NCBI GenBank assembly: GCA_040437565.1
Contig: JBDOQK010000019.1
Coordinates: forward strand, 62,001-126,000
Length of the DNA: 64,000 nt
Direction of reading: 5' to 3'
Origin: Albugo candida
Lineage: Eukaryota
This document shows, one piece after another, positions 12,301 through 23,530 of this stretch (within the stretch, counting starts at the first letter, position 1; each line of letters begins with the position of its first letter). The translations under genes and the position numbers were made by a program. A model generated the notes under the pieces. It saw nothing but the letters and a program-made list of their open reading frames with translations, was not told the DNA's origin and searched no databases.

Positions 12301-13598
12301 TTGATGACTTTGCTCCCATTTCGATCAATTTTAGGAGCCTGATTCTCAATTCGTTTCCGAGTCTTTGCTGGTACAAGCGCTGTAGTCTTACTCTCCAAAG
12401 GTATCTCTGGTGACGCTTCTGACGCCTGCGACTTGGAATCCATAAGTGCCTCAAGAGATGAAAGCCGTACGCTGGGCTGCTCCAAATTCAACATTGCCAA
12501 TTCTTGTTGCAGCTGAAGTAGCTGATTCGTAGCTATTGACCATTCTTTGGATTTGTTTTGCAACAGCTTAGCTTTCAAATGTAATTCACCACGTAATTTA
12601 GCATTTTCCGCAATCAAATTCGCTTGTTCTTGAAGCATTTTGCTTTGTTGGGCTTCATAGATCTCTCTCATACTTTTCAGCTGCTGATCCTTTGCAAATG
12701 ACAGATCGTTGAATCGTCGATGACTTTGCTTACGCATGAGAATGCTTACGACTCCTTCATCTAAGTTCTCGATTCCCTTGATTTTATGAATGACATACTC
12801 TCGATAGTATGGTAATGCGCAGAAGGGATTCCCAGCAAACGAACAATTCGACAGATTCCCAAGTTCCGAGAGAATGTTAATTTCTTTGAGTATACCCAAA
12901 TTATTTCCACAAATGTTAAAAGTCTCCAAACGTGTGAGCTGAGCAATTTTTTTGGGTATGTGCTGAATAAAGTTACCGCTTACGTTTAAATGGCGAAGAT
13001 TTGTCAATCTGAAAAGAGAATCGTCGATTTCTCTCAGTTGATTTCTCGCAAATATCAGTGTCTCGAGCATCTTCAGCGCTTCCAGGCCAAATGTCTTATG
13101 GATGGCGTTGTTGGAAACATCCAAATATCGCAAATTGGAGAAGTGCGAGATAGTTGCGATAGAGCAGAGTCTTCTTCTTGTCGTTTGGTGCATCCTATCT
13201 AGACAAAGACGATCCTGCTCTAGCGGTGTCGGGTACAACTGATGAAGGTATTCATCAATCTGTCGATCAGACGCAATATCTCCTTCCTCCTTCCAACAAA
13301 TAGCCGCCTCTCTATTCTGCGTTTGATCCGAATGATTCCAATGCTTACTGTTGAAATCGTTGAATGATGTCCTTGCCATTGATGAGGGAGTTCTTACGCT
13401 TTGAATTGTTGGTTTGGCCTCCGATGGCTCTAGCAGGATAGAAGTCGTAGCCGTTGACAGTTTTGTACTAAGACGCGCACCTTGGTCATATTTCTGCTTC
13501 CGCAAACACGATTTGAGTTTGGAAGGTACATGGGGTGCTTCCGGTACATCTGCAACACTCTTTAACGTTTGTGATGCGCTTATTTTTCCTTTTGCCAT
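9339..13598 (-). CDS. Large LRR (SDS22-like plus LRR-cap) / coiled-coil / C2-domain protein, possibly centrosomal or ciliary
   Basis: Intronless 1419-aa ORF with LRR motifs (LRYLDVSNNAI, LRHLNVSGNFI, GNPFC..YREYVI), a coiled coil, and a C2 motif (LKIHLKSARNLP...SPVWDEAF...IGEVWISL). Confidence 0.8.
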   Translation of the reverse strand: MAKGKISASQTLKSVADVPEAPHVPSKLKSCLRKQKYDQGARLSTKLSTATTSILLEPSEAKPTIQSVRTPSSMARTSFNDFNSKHWNHSDQTQNREAAICWKEEGDIASDRQIDEYLHQLYPTPLEQDRLCLDRMHQTTRRRLCSIATISHFSNLRYLDVSNNAIHKTFGLEALKMLETLIFARNQLREIDDSLFRLTNLRHLNVSGNFIQHIPKKIAQLTRLETFNICGNNLGILKEINILSELGNLSNCSFAGNPFCALPYYREYVIHKIKGIENLDEGVVSILMRKQSHRRFNDLSFAKDQQLKSMREIYEAQQSKMLQEQANLIAENAKLRGELHLKAKLLQNKSKEWSIATNQLLQLQQELAMLNLEQPSVRLSSLEALMDSKSQASEASPEIPLESKTTALVPAKTRKRIENQAPKIDRNGSKVIKPFSFAGTSVPSYSFQVGGFNLLRLTTKRKLSVRDIEKQQSQKHAGSRATDLEMEFITLKKNEIQNEKNTVESMEAADAQTSFSVLKMDHNSPGMTSLLQSEEQKEDVEIDQEKSNNSVVKPNGKVYSYSPEENVSDINWSLRGSQNSILEEENEESLSNSSVAGLETVQARSASEKEREKSACIPFDAEVCKVNTKIDDVSAEMYDTNDGPTGCEHLQKDMVSQESLVNPSEKPREMEEVQERFSNKRYFKESNVAKALDLQSDHRIVMKGQVECFPETYCRSVSSTIGDRYGTALLAEANKAIFRASLLAKESSFDPHGEAIPCIKWDEQEIGLLRSRDTIEMDGRKLLKSPDFLALKNSLKHHITNDILDEIKFEISQWVQNDFRPKWTLAPETKVIPHFQTMNNCERRASWGNSSSSTRTTHLSTDRPACAFVEEPNDSPVDATFSEPQAKRSSPSAGEETDCNLKEHTEYEAKYRYIVNSGYNHHYRCGDVHRIHRFVKWLQTLQNAESVDPTSCSDADSSGAHLKIHLKSARNLPLNHFEAKNGDTRVTVEIADVFDIARRKLKAAADDSNKIEYQSSMKRSSSPVWDEAFDIAVPDDLQSFLHVCILHDCEVTQEKVIGEVWISLFAFLHQNQITEWFLIESPNRNDRESKGTIQNDSAICLSLQLFHSKIDRLRHAFDDAVDTFIKAGNELPEFIRANSSANETERSEDKREKVDEIRIAWNDLEPSWVLEDPFGIDLRLDDDICCPVLSTKTRSARKLSISTTVAQSNRKLESVEITENSRGENPSVRQKAVKQPNSAVAFELSMECLESSAKSDVGKLSNEYTTASTTLHVEDACDGKLRDTERSQCEATKNFPSRSNNRISKERGKSTQCFDEYSLYHPSHMMAALYVLETPKCARKNPFGTSAMRIPPNRMNASNSKQNIKQPQRRTGNLDIFKRPNVPRRRPSTTGIPERYIGLDNQTSERLKRMFGRMNNQVP

Positions 13599-13796
13599 AA
13601 GAATTCAAAGCGTTAACGCAGCATTTTACGTCTGACGACAACAGTGCCGAAATTCTATCGTTACGCATCAGAAAACTCCCGTGACGGACACTTGAACGCA
13701 CAATGTAACGGCTGAGGTTTGCGCTCAATACACGAAGCGTCACTGATGCTTCCAGGCTTGCATGCGACACATTGGACGCTCTTTAGACACTAAGAC

Positions 13797-15184
13797 ATGC
13801 TTTCTCCTTTCAGACAGGCGGTAGAAACGAGAGTTGACATGGACAGTCAAAAGCCAAAGAAGGACGAGGAACATCAATCGAGATGCGTCTCTCACATATG
13901 TGAGCTTACTACCGAGAAGGACGACGTCGACAAGGTCCCCGAACACGGAGCGGATGATATGCAAGTGAAGAAAGAGGACGTCGTGACCAACGATGAGAGT
14001 GAGGACATGCAAGAAATGGAGAAAGTATCTGATTTTGTCAAAGCTTCTGTACCATTTGAGACTGAGGAAGAAGCGCTCGATTTATTTTCCAATTCCTCTT
14101 CGCCACATTCAGAAAGCACAAGATCAGTAGAAGAATATCAGAAGAATAACGATCAGTATCGAAATACGATTCAGTTGGAACGTCAGACACAAGTTCCTAG
14201 CTCCTCATCAAGTCATACCGACCTACAATCTAATGATAGTTGCTCGCAACACCCCGAAGGATCTCTTGACAGCGGTAACACAAATCAAGAGGTATACAAT
14301 CGACCTGATACTTCTGTTCCAATTCCACCATCTACGATCGATGACAATGGATCGTATTCCTGTGAGGAAGCGGACAGGCTGACAACGAAATCCGATGAAA
14401 GTGCCGAGATAATGAGTGAAAAACAAGGCTTCTCTTGGAACGAGATACTGCTAGTTCAAAATCTGATAGAGAGGTGCTTGCAACAACATCTTAGCAAGGT
14501 GATTCATATTTTACCATCGATCAATGCTCAACAAAACTCTTTTCTCTCAGGATGAGATCATTTATACATTGCAGGCGCAGGCAAAGGTGGATCCCCAATT
14601 TACTCATATCGTCTGGCAGAAATTGGAAGAGCAAAACGAGAGCTTTTTCAGGGCGTACACGATACAATCGCAGCTGAGAGAGCAAATAGCTGCGTTCAAC
14701 TATCTTGTACGATGCTGAATGGGTCCCCTGCCTATCGTGCGTGTTGATATCGATTTTGGACAGGTGTATCAGCAAAAGGAATTGATGAGGAGGACAAACG
14801 ATTCTCACAGCGGAGGACAATATGAACTCAATGTGAGTGGTCGATTGATACGTCATCGAAGGATGCTTATTGATTATTTTCCAGGGAATGTCGAATCTTT
14901 CCTTCCAACACTACCAGCCTTACCTCAATGCAAAACATTTGTATAGCGGCGTAGGCACACACCCACAACAACAGTCCTCTTACCTTACCAGCCCCACAGA
15001 AATGGATTTCAATGCCGACTTCATGACGGGTAAGTTGGTATCAACGCAACCCAGTCAATCGGTAGCGTTCTCAGCTCCGAACCCGTCGTATGAATACACG
15101 CAGTCTTTCATGTCACCACCTCCAGCCTTACCTTATGCGTCTCCAATCAAAACAGAATTGGACACGCATGCGTTTTTTACGTGA
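13797..15184 (+). CDS. TIGR01589 / A_thal_3526 (PF09713)-domain protein, multi-exon
   Basis: Spliced VQNLIERCLQQHLSK|DEIIYTLQAQAKVDPQFTHIVWQKLEEQNESFFRAY matches the family signature. Confidence 0.82.
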
Positions 15185-15233
15185 GATAATTACCGCAGCC
15201 GCACAGCACAAATGTATTGTTTTTATGATATCC

Positions 15234-16833
15234 TCATTCGTCTTCCTCTCGAATTCCTCTGCTTGACAGCAGCTCATGACCTGGCGCAATCAAATGCGCT
15301 GAAAGCGCATTACCCGATAACGTCAGCTTTCTCAGCATCTTTGTGGTATGAATTGGATCAAACGGAAGTTCCCGCAGTTTGTTATTTGCTAGTAGTAAAT
15401 GCCTAAGTTTTGGCAGGGTACTAATCTGCCTTGAGACCGAAACGATAGCGTTATTCTCCATATTTAAAATTTCAAGTTGTAAACACCTTCCAAGCGTGGC
15501 TGGAACCTTATGAAGCCGGTTGTAGGACAGATAGCATTTTCGTAAGCATTGGAGCGCATCAAAGCTCTTCGGTAGCTTGGTCAGCTGGTTGTGCTCAGCA
15601 TGGAGTATCTCTAGTTTCTTCAATCGCACAAACGAGTCGGGTAGTCTCTCGAGTTGATTTTTTGGAATATCCAACTCTCGTAGATTTTCAAGTAGTCCGA
15701 TCTCTTCAGGAAGAGTTATCAGCTGATTCTCATCCAGGTACAATTCCTCCAAAAGAATTAAATGGCAAATGCTTTTTGGTAGGACCTAGCACGCCATTCG
15801 AATCAGACCCCGCGGTTTCACGCTAGCGACTGACCTCAAGTTTATTTCGATGAAGACATAAGCCCTGCAAACACGTTTGTAATCGTCCAAGGTCTTCGGG
15901 TATGCCGTGCGCTGTGAGATTATTATCTTCTAGGTACAAGCCTTCCAGATGTTCCAGCTTCCCTAGAGATTTAGGCAATGCTTCTAGTTGATTTTCACGC
16001 AAATAGAGTTCTGTGAGTTGTGTCAGGAGACTGAGCTCTTCCGGAAGCTGCTCGAGTCGATTATTATCAGCTGCAAGCATTTTCAAATTTGCAGGAGCCA
16101 TTTCCCAAAGCTCGGGTGGAATTCTTCTCAAATCTTTAGCTGAAAAATCAAGCTCCTCGATCGTGTTCCATTGATCCACATCCTGTATCGGCTCTTCTAA
16201 ACTCACATCGTACTTCTTGATAAACATTTGAACATTTTCCTCGCTCATTTCAGGCACATCGNNNNNNNNNNNNNNNNNNNNNNNNNNNNNNNNNNNNNNN
16301 NNNNNNNNNNNNNNNNNNNNNNNNNNNNNNNNNNNNNNNNNNNNNNNNNNNNNNNNNNNNNTCGAATCAGACCCCGCGGTTTCACGCTAGCGACTGACCT
16401 CAAGTTTATTTCGATGAAGACATAAGCCCTGCAAACACGTTTGTAATCGTCCAAGGTCTTCGGGTATGCCGTGCGCTGTGAGATTATTATCTTCTAGGTA
16501 CAAGCCTTCCAGATGTTCCAGCTTCCCTAGAGATTTAGGCAATGCTTCTAGTTGATTTTCACGCAAATAGAGTTCTGTGAGTTGTGTCAGGAGACTGAGC
16601 TCTTCCGGAAGCTGCTCGAGTCGATTATTATCAGCTGCAAGCATTTTCAAATTTGCAGGAGCCATTTCCCAAAGCTCGGGTGGAATTCTTCTCAAATCTT
16701 TAGCTGAAAAATCAAGCTCCTCGATCGTGTTCCATTGATCCACATCCTGTATCGGCTCTTCTAAACTCACATCGTACTTCTTGATAAACATTTGAACATT
16801 TTCCTCGCTCATTTCAGGCACATCGCGAGGCAT
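15234..16833 (-). CDS. Leucine-rich repeat protein (SHOC2/PIRL-type repeats), interrupted by an artefactual duplication and gap
   Basis: Tandem LxxLxLxxNxLxxLPxx repeats, one intron near 15787-15835, likely ATG 16833. Confidence 0.85.
15798..16825. repeat. Gap-flanking direct duplication (15798-16261 = 16362-16825), probable assembly artefact
   Basis: Identical copies on either side of a 100-N gap. Confidence 0.9.
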
Positions 16834-16921
16834 CTCGAGACCTTTCAACTGATTTAACACTGGGAGCTTTTTATAGATGTGACTCACGTCGATCAATGGA
16901 TGATGCTTTATTTATTGCTTT

Positions 16922-19900
16922 CTACTTCACAAAGCTCTCTGCTATCGCTATTGCTTCTTCAATGTGCTCGATGGTTTTGGCTTGGCCATTCGCATTGAGA
17001 GCGCTTTTGCCACCACCTTTTCCATTCATAGGCTTCATTGCTTCATTCACCCATTGACGTGCATCAAGTTGTTTCTTGTCAGCGTGATGCTGACTCACTT
17101 GGCAAAAAGCAGCAGTCTTGTTGGCATCATCATCCGTGCTGAAGACCATAAAGCTTCCTTCAGGAAGTACGCTGCTCATCGCCGCAAGGATTTCTCGACC
17201 AAGTTTCACGTCCGTTCCAGCTTGCATACGAGCGACTAGAAATTCTGACGATTTCTCACGAGTATCTTTGACTTGTTTGATTGCGTTCTTGATCGCATCC
17301 GCTGCCCGTAGCGCAGCTTCTTTCTTTTTGAGAGCCTTCACTCGATCCACTAGTACATCCAGCTCCTTCCTAAGCTGATCCTTGAGCGGTAGAGATATCA
17401 GAGCGACATCTAATATCGGTCGGAAAGCAGTGACATTTGCGATAAAGTCGCTGTCTTGCATCTGTTTGATGCAGTCCAACTGTTTTTGTAGCTCTTGACC
17501 ACGTATTTCGGCATTTGAAGCCTCCTCACCTGTATACGCGGAAATACGACGAATGCCTTTGGCAATTGCGCTTTCTTCGTACAATATAAACTTTTTCGCT
17601 TGTTTTGTGTTCTCCAAATGCGTTCCACCACAAAACTCAACAGAGAAATTGCTCCAAGTGCTATTTTCTGGATCTTTGAGCATCTACATTGATCAATGAC
17701 AGTGGATTCGATCCGATGATAGAAAGAAAGCGTACCGGATCAATGGCTTGACCGATTGAAACAAGACGCACAATGTCAGGGTACGTTTCTCCAAAGACTG
17801 CACGGAGCCCTTGAATTCTTCTCGCGTCAGTCTGAGAGACGTTTTTTGTAAACACTTGCAGTTCCTGTTTGATCGAATCTTCGCACATGTTTTCGACAGC
17901 TTGCAATTGGCTTGAAGTGAGAGGCTTGTTTGTCGTGAAATCAAAGCGCATTTTAACATCATCGACTAGGGAGCCTCGTTGATCCACATTCGTCAGAAGC
18001 ACTTTACGCAATGCAAAATTCAGCACGTGGGTCATTGTATGGTTTGGAGCTATCTTTCTTCGACGTTCGTAATCCACTTGGCACGATACATCTTCGCCGA
18101 CCTGAAGCGAGCCGCTTTCTAAAGTACCAGTGTGCAAGACGTACCCAGCATAAGACTCAACCGCATCGATGTTGAATCGAGTGCCAACGGGCTGATCCTT
18201 TAGCAAGCTTCCGGTATCGTAAACTTGGCCACCTGCCTGAGCATAAAAGGATGTTTGATCCAAAATGATCCCGATTCGATCATGTTTCTGCGGCGTAACG
18301 ATTGATACAAATCCACACGATGACTCTGTCGTGGCAAAAATGGCAACCACCTTTGCATGGAGTGTCTTATTCCATTCGTACTTTGGGTCATCGTTGGTAA
18401 TTGATATTCCTTGCTCCATAAGCGCATTCGTTTCTTTTGCTTCCAGAACTAATGGGCGAGTGCCATTTCCAGAACCTTTTTTCCGATCTTGTTTAGACCG
18501 CTCACTCTGAAGCTTCATTTGCTCTTCATAACCTTCGACATCAACGATCAATCCTTCTTCTTCCGCCATAATTTGTGTCAAATCGATAGGAAATCCCATA
18601 GAATCATACAAAAAGAATGCATCTTTGCCAGAAATGACGAGTGCCTTTTGATTGTCTCGTTGGTTGGCTCCTCGGACGCTTTCAACGATCTTTCTGAACT
18701 TTTCAATACCTTTGTTAAGTGTTCTTCCAAATGATTCTTCTTCTTCCAGAATTGCTTCTTCCACTTCTTTTTGCTTGGTCTTTAATTCTGGAAAGGTATT
18801 GTGCATCATATTCACAACCACTTGCACCAACTGATTCAGGAAACCTTTGGGAGCATTCAAGAATTGCTGACCGTAGCGGACAGCACGCCGCAAAATACGC
18901 CGTAATACGTATCCTCTACCATCATTACTCNNNNNNNNNNNNNNNNNNNNNNNNNNNNNNNNNNNNNNNNNNNNNNNNNNNNNNNNNNNNNNNNNNNNNN
19001 NNNNNNNNNNNNNNNNNNNNNNNNNNNNNNTTTCTGCGGCGTAACGATTGATACAAATCCACACGATGACTCTGTCGTGGCAAAAATGGCAACCACCTTT
19101 GCATGGAGTGTCTTATTCCATTCGTACTTTGGGTCATCGTTGGTAATTGATATTCCTTGCTCCATAAGCGCATTCGTTTCTTTTGCTTCCAGAACTAATG
19201 GGCGAGTGCCATTTCCAGAACCTTTTTTCCGATCTTGTTTAGACCGCTCACTCTGAAGCTTCATTTGCTCTTCATAACCTTCGACATCAACGATCAATCC
19301 TTCTTCTTCCGCCATAATTTGTGTCAAATCGATAGGAAATCCCATAGAATCATACAAAAAGAATGCATCTTTGCCAGAAATGACGAGTGCCTTTTGATTG
19401 TCTCGTTGGTTGGCTCCTCGGACGCTTTCAACGATCTTTCTGAACTTTTCAATACCTTTGTTAAGTGTTCTTCCAAATGATTCTTCTTCTTCCAGAATTG
19501 CTTCTTCCACTTCTTTTTGCTTGGTCTTTAATTCTGGAAAGGTATTGTGCATCATATTCACAACCACTTGCACCAACTGATTCAGGAAACCTTTGGGAGC
19601 ATTCAAGAATTGCTGACCGTAGCGGACAGCACGCCGCAAAATACGCCGTAATACGTATCCTCTACCATCATTACTCGGCATGATTCCATCTGCAATGGCA
19701 AATGTCAAGGTACGAATGTGATCGGCGACAACACGATACGCCATATCTTTGTTGTTTGCATCTTCTGCCCCCAATTTCCCCTCGTACGGTTCAGCTTTCG
19801 TGATGGTTTGTATCGTTTGGAAAAGCGGCGTAAAGACATCCGTATCGTAGTTTGACGTTTTTCCTTGAAGAATAGATGCCAACCGTTCAAATCCCATCCC

Positions 19901-20851
19901 GGTATCAACGTGTTTATTCGGCAGCGGTACCAATTTTCCCGAGTTCTCCCGATTGTACTGGATGAATACATTGTTCCAAATCTCGATAACATCTGGGACG
20001 TCTGCATTCACTAACGCAGATGCATCTCGATTCCCAAGCCGATCATAATGAATTTCCGTACAAGGACCACAAGGCCCAATATCCCCCATTTCCCAGAAAT
20101 TATCCTTGCAACCAAAGGGTAGGACCCGCGATGGAGGCAAATATTTCAGCCAAATAGCACGTGTTTCCTCGTCAGGTAAAAGCTGTTGTTTTGGATCTCC
20201 ACCAAAATACGTCGCATACAATCGATCTGCGTCAATTCGATAAACTTTTGTCAGCAAGTTGAACGACATCTCAATCGTTTCTCGTTTGAAATAATCGCCA
20301 AAGCTCCAATTTCCAAGCATCTCAAAAAACGTATGGTGATAAACATCTTTACCCACATCGTCGAGATCATTATGCTTCCCTCCTGCTCTGATACACTTTT
20401 GAGAATTAACAGCGCGATTCAGCTTGCTCATCGGATGGTTCGGGTCCACTTGGCCAAGGAAAATTGGCTTAAATTGGTTCATTCCTGCATTAATAAACAG
20501 CAAAGTTGGGTCATCCAAAGGAACGACCGGGCAAGAGGGATAAAAAGTATGAGGGTGAGAGCTATGGTTTTTAAAGTAGTTTATGAATGTCTCGCGAATG
20601 CGTGTAGCCGGCCATTCCTCCGATGAGGCCTCCATGTTAGAGGATGCACTGCTTGAATTAAGATGAGATTCGTGATGTTGAGATTTTGTGGCAATATGCC
20701 TGTCAATTGCGGATTCTAAAACACTTATTTTACTTTCTCGCTCATTCAAACCCTTTTCTAAGGAATGGATACGAGCGTGCAAATGATCGAGGGCCATTTT
20801 GTACCTCTTTGTGACGCGCCGGGATGCTGGTTGGATGAAAAGAAATCGCAT
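16922..20851 (-). CDS. AARS: Alanyl-tRNA synthetase (~1043 aa after removing the duplicated block and the 52-nt intron 17684-17735)
   Basis: [35 protein letters not shown], editing-domain NHTMTH and EFCGGTH, C-terminal GKGGG. Confidence 0.97.
18285..19676. repeat. Gap-flanking direct duplication (18285-18930 = 19031-19676), probable assembly artefact
   Basis: Identical copies around a 100-N gap inside AlaRS. Confidence 0.9.
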
Positions 20852-21793
20852 AACAGTGTGCGCGTTACATTATACAAGGATGCAAGAATTTCACGATTCC
20901 GTGCGCTTCCGATAAACGCGATGAAATGGATATCATCATACAGAAAAGAAGAAGGGATATATTGTATGGTTTAATGCGCATGAACTAGCAAGAGACGTGT
21001 ATGAATGTAGATTAGTTCAAGTAGAAACGGAGCCGAGTCTACAGAAGTAAANNNNNNNNNNNNNNNNNNNNNNNNNNNNNNNNNNNNNNNNNNNNNNNNN
21101 NNNNNNNNNNNNNNNNNNNNNNNNNNNNNNNNNNNNNNNNNNNNNNNNNNNCAGCGCGATTCAGCTTGCTCATCGGATGGTTCGGGTCCACTTGGCCAAG
21201 GAAAATTGGCTTAAATTGGTTCATTCCTGCATTAATAAACAGCAAAGTTGGGTCATCCAAAGGAACGACCGGGCAAGAGGGATAAAAAGTATGAGGGTGA
21301 GAGCTATGGTTCTTAAAGTAGTTTATGAATGTCTCGCGAATGCGTGTAGCCGGCCATTCCTCCGATGAGGCCTCCATGTTAGAGGATGCACTGCTTGAAT
21401 TAAGATGAGATTCGTGATGTTGAGATTTTGTGGCAATATGCCTGTCAATTGCGGATTCTAAAACACTTATTTTACTTTCTCGCTCATTCAAACCCTTTTC
21501 TAAGGAATGGATACGAGCGTGCAAATGATCGAGGGCCATTTTGTACCTCTTTGTGACGCGCCGGGATGCTGGTTGGATGAAAAGAAATCGCATAACAGTG
21601 TGCGCGTTACATTATACAAGGATGCAAGAATTTCACGATTCCGTGCGCTTCCGATAAACGCGATGAAATGGATATCATCATACAGAAAAGAAGAAGGGAT
21701 ATATTGTATGGTTTAATGCGCATGAACTAGCAAGAGACGTGTATGAATGTAGATTAGTTCAAGTAGAAACGGAGCCGAGTCTACAGAAGTAAA
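20410..21793. repeat. Gap-flanking direct duplication (20410-21051 = 21152-21793) of the AlaRS 5' end, probable haplotype/assembly artefact
   Basis: One visible difference between the copies, a synonymous SNP (20570 T / 21312 C). Confidence 0.9.
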
Positions 21794-22134
21794 GTAGGAT
21801 CGATTTTACATGAATCAATGTCGCTTTTGCAACTCATATAGTAAATGCCACCTAATGTAAAGACGTCGATATGCTATTAACTTTACGCACGTCATTCTTT
21901 GCTGATTGAGGCTGGGTATGAGTCATACATTAATGTCACTGCTTTTGTATGACACCGCAATGAGTCAAACTATTATTCATACCTCTTTTCGAGGGATATT
22001 TATGAGGTGTCATGTGTCATATATGCAGTTGAACCCCCATTTCTCATCTTAGGGAAGATTTCTCTACATAAAACGTGGAGATTACTTGAACTGCAAGTCT
22101 TATTTCCAAACTCGCGGTTGGTGAAGCAGACTTC

Positions 22135-23460
22135 ATGATTTCGTGTTGGAGACTCTTAGCTGTGATTATTGGAACACTACAGCACAACCGATTGTCAAAT
22201 GGTCTTCCGATGAATTCGTCGCCTTACTACCCATCCAGGTCACGTCGCCTTGCCGAATGTCCCGCTGCTGCAAGTGAAGGTCCTCATATTGACGTAGAAA
22301 CCATCAAGCCAACGAATCATGGATTCGATCGTCGAAACTTGGAGCCTGTCGAGGCAACAGAACTACAACATCTTGAAGAACTACTTGGGATCAAATTAGA
22401 GTACGATCTTCGAGAACTGGCTACTTTGGCGTCCAGAAATATCACCAAAATCCCATGGACTAGCAGCTACTGGCCAAACTGGAGAAATGGTATAGGACGT
22501 CGATGGAGAAATAAAACAGTCAGTAGTGCCGCTGAAAAGTATGGACAAGCTTACAAAGTTGCAGATTTCTTCGAACAGGTGACGAAATATCGAGGTGTAA
22601 AAAGTGAACATGTCGGTCCTCGCGTAGAATGCAGCTCCATTGACGATTGTGACGCTGCAAGTCTAGTCCAGTACGGTTGTGCGAAGCTGAAAGAAGAGAC
22701 GTCTGGAATTTGTATGCTAAAATGGTATGGACTCTGTCATGCTTGGGCTGCAGCATCATTGATGGAAGATGAACCCATATGTCCTGTGACTGTAGGTAAA
22801 TTGGTTTTTGAACCACTTGATATTAAAGCTTTGCTTATACAAGCATATGATGGAGCGGTGGTGGAAACCGCATTTATTGGTCAGCGTTGTAAAACCGACA
22901 ATAATGATACCGACAAATATGGTCGATATATATCAGCAGACCGACGTGACATTAACGCAGGTGCATTCTTCGTCGCTGTTGTGAACTTGATTGGGCTACA
23001 TGATAGAGGTTTTATAATGGACACCGACGCAGGTCGTCCAGTCTGGAACCAGCCAGTATTTGGGTACAACATCGAAAGGTTGATTATGGTGAACCCAACA
23101 AAAGTTGCGAAGGAGTTACTGAAGGCTGAAAAATATCCTTTCAATCCAAACATGGTGAGATTGGCGTATGTTAAATTAAGGGTTTACTGGATGGGCGAAC
23201 AAATAACGAATAAACCTTCCATTTCAACAGGTCGGTATAAAAGTGCTACTAAATCATCAAAATATCATATGCTGTTAGAGCTCAGCGAGGACTTCGAGAT
23301 CTTGGGAGGAGAATTTATTAAGAGTTCCTTGAGAAGACATCCTGATTTCATTTGGATCCTGAAGGGCCCCGCTCCAGACGACACGGTTACTGGTATGGGC
23401 CTTAATTTAGGTGACGTCAGAAAACTTGTGAAAAGATCTCGAGAATGTGAAAAGAAATAG
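22135..23460 (+). CDS. Secreted transglutaminase elicitor (GP42/M81 family)
   Basis: Hydrophobic N-terminus, PWTSSYWP, catalytic WYGLCHAWAAAS, Pep-13-like VWNQPVFGYNIER, ILGGEF...HPDFIW. Confidence 0.93.
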   Translation: MISCWRLLAVIIGTLQHNRLSNGLPMNSSPYYPSRSRRLAECPAAASEGPHIDVETIKPTNHGFDRRNLEPVEATELQHLEELLGIKLEYDLRELATLASRNITKIPWTSSYWPNWRNGIGRRWRNKTVSSAAEKYGQAYKVADFFEQVTKYRGVKSEHVGPRVECSSIDDCDAASLVQYGCAKLKEETSGICMLKWYGLCHAWAAASLMEDEPICPVTVGKLVFEPLDIKALLIQAYDGAVVETAFIGQRCKTDNNDTDKYGRYISADRRDINAGAFFVAVVNLIGLHDRGFIMDTDAGRPVWNQPVFGYNIERLIMVNPTKVAKELLKAEKYPFNPNMVRLAYVKLRVYWMGEQITNKPSISTGRYKSATKSSKYHMLLELSEDFEILGGEFIKSSLRRHPDFIWILKGPAPDDTVTGMGLNLGDVRKLVKRSRECEKK

Positions 23461-23530
23461 ATCCATAGCCATACATAAGACGTCAATAATGTAAATTCGC
23501 AATCTTCTTCTTAAAAGCACAAAGCTAACG

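Noticed and set aside
21039-21593. Second, truncated AlaRS gene (and similar second copies of the LRR, RING/HGGG, FCP1, CE2 and CCDC103 fragments)
   Set aside because: Each is a near-identical copy abutting a 100-N gap, best explained as contig-overlap artefact rather than paralog or pseudogene.
22234-22280. RxLR-like effector motif (RSRRL) after the TGase signal peptide
   Set aside because: Not a true RxLR-dEER. The protein is an apoplastic TGase family member, and a basic propeptide site explains the motif better.
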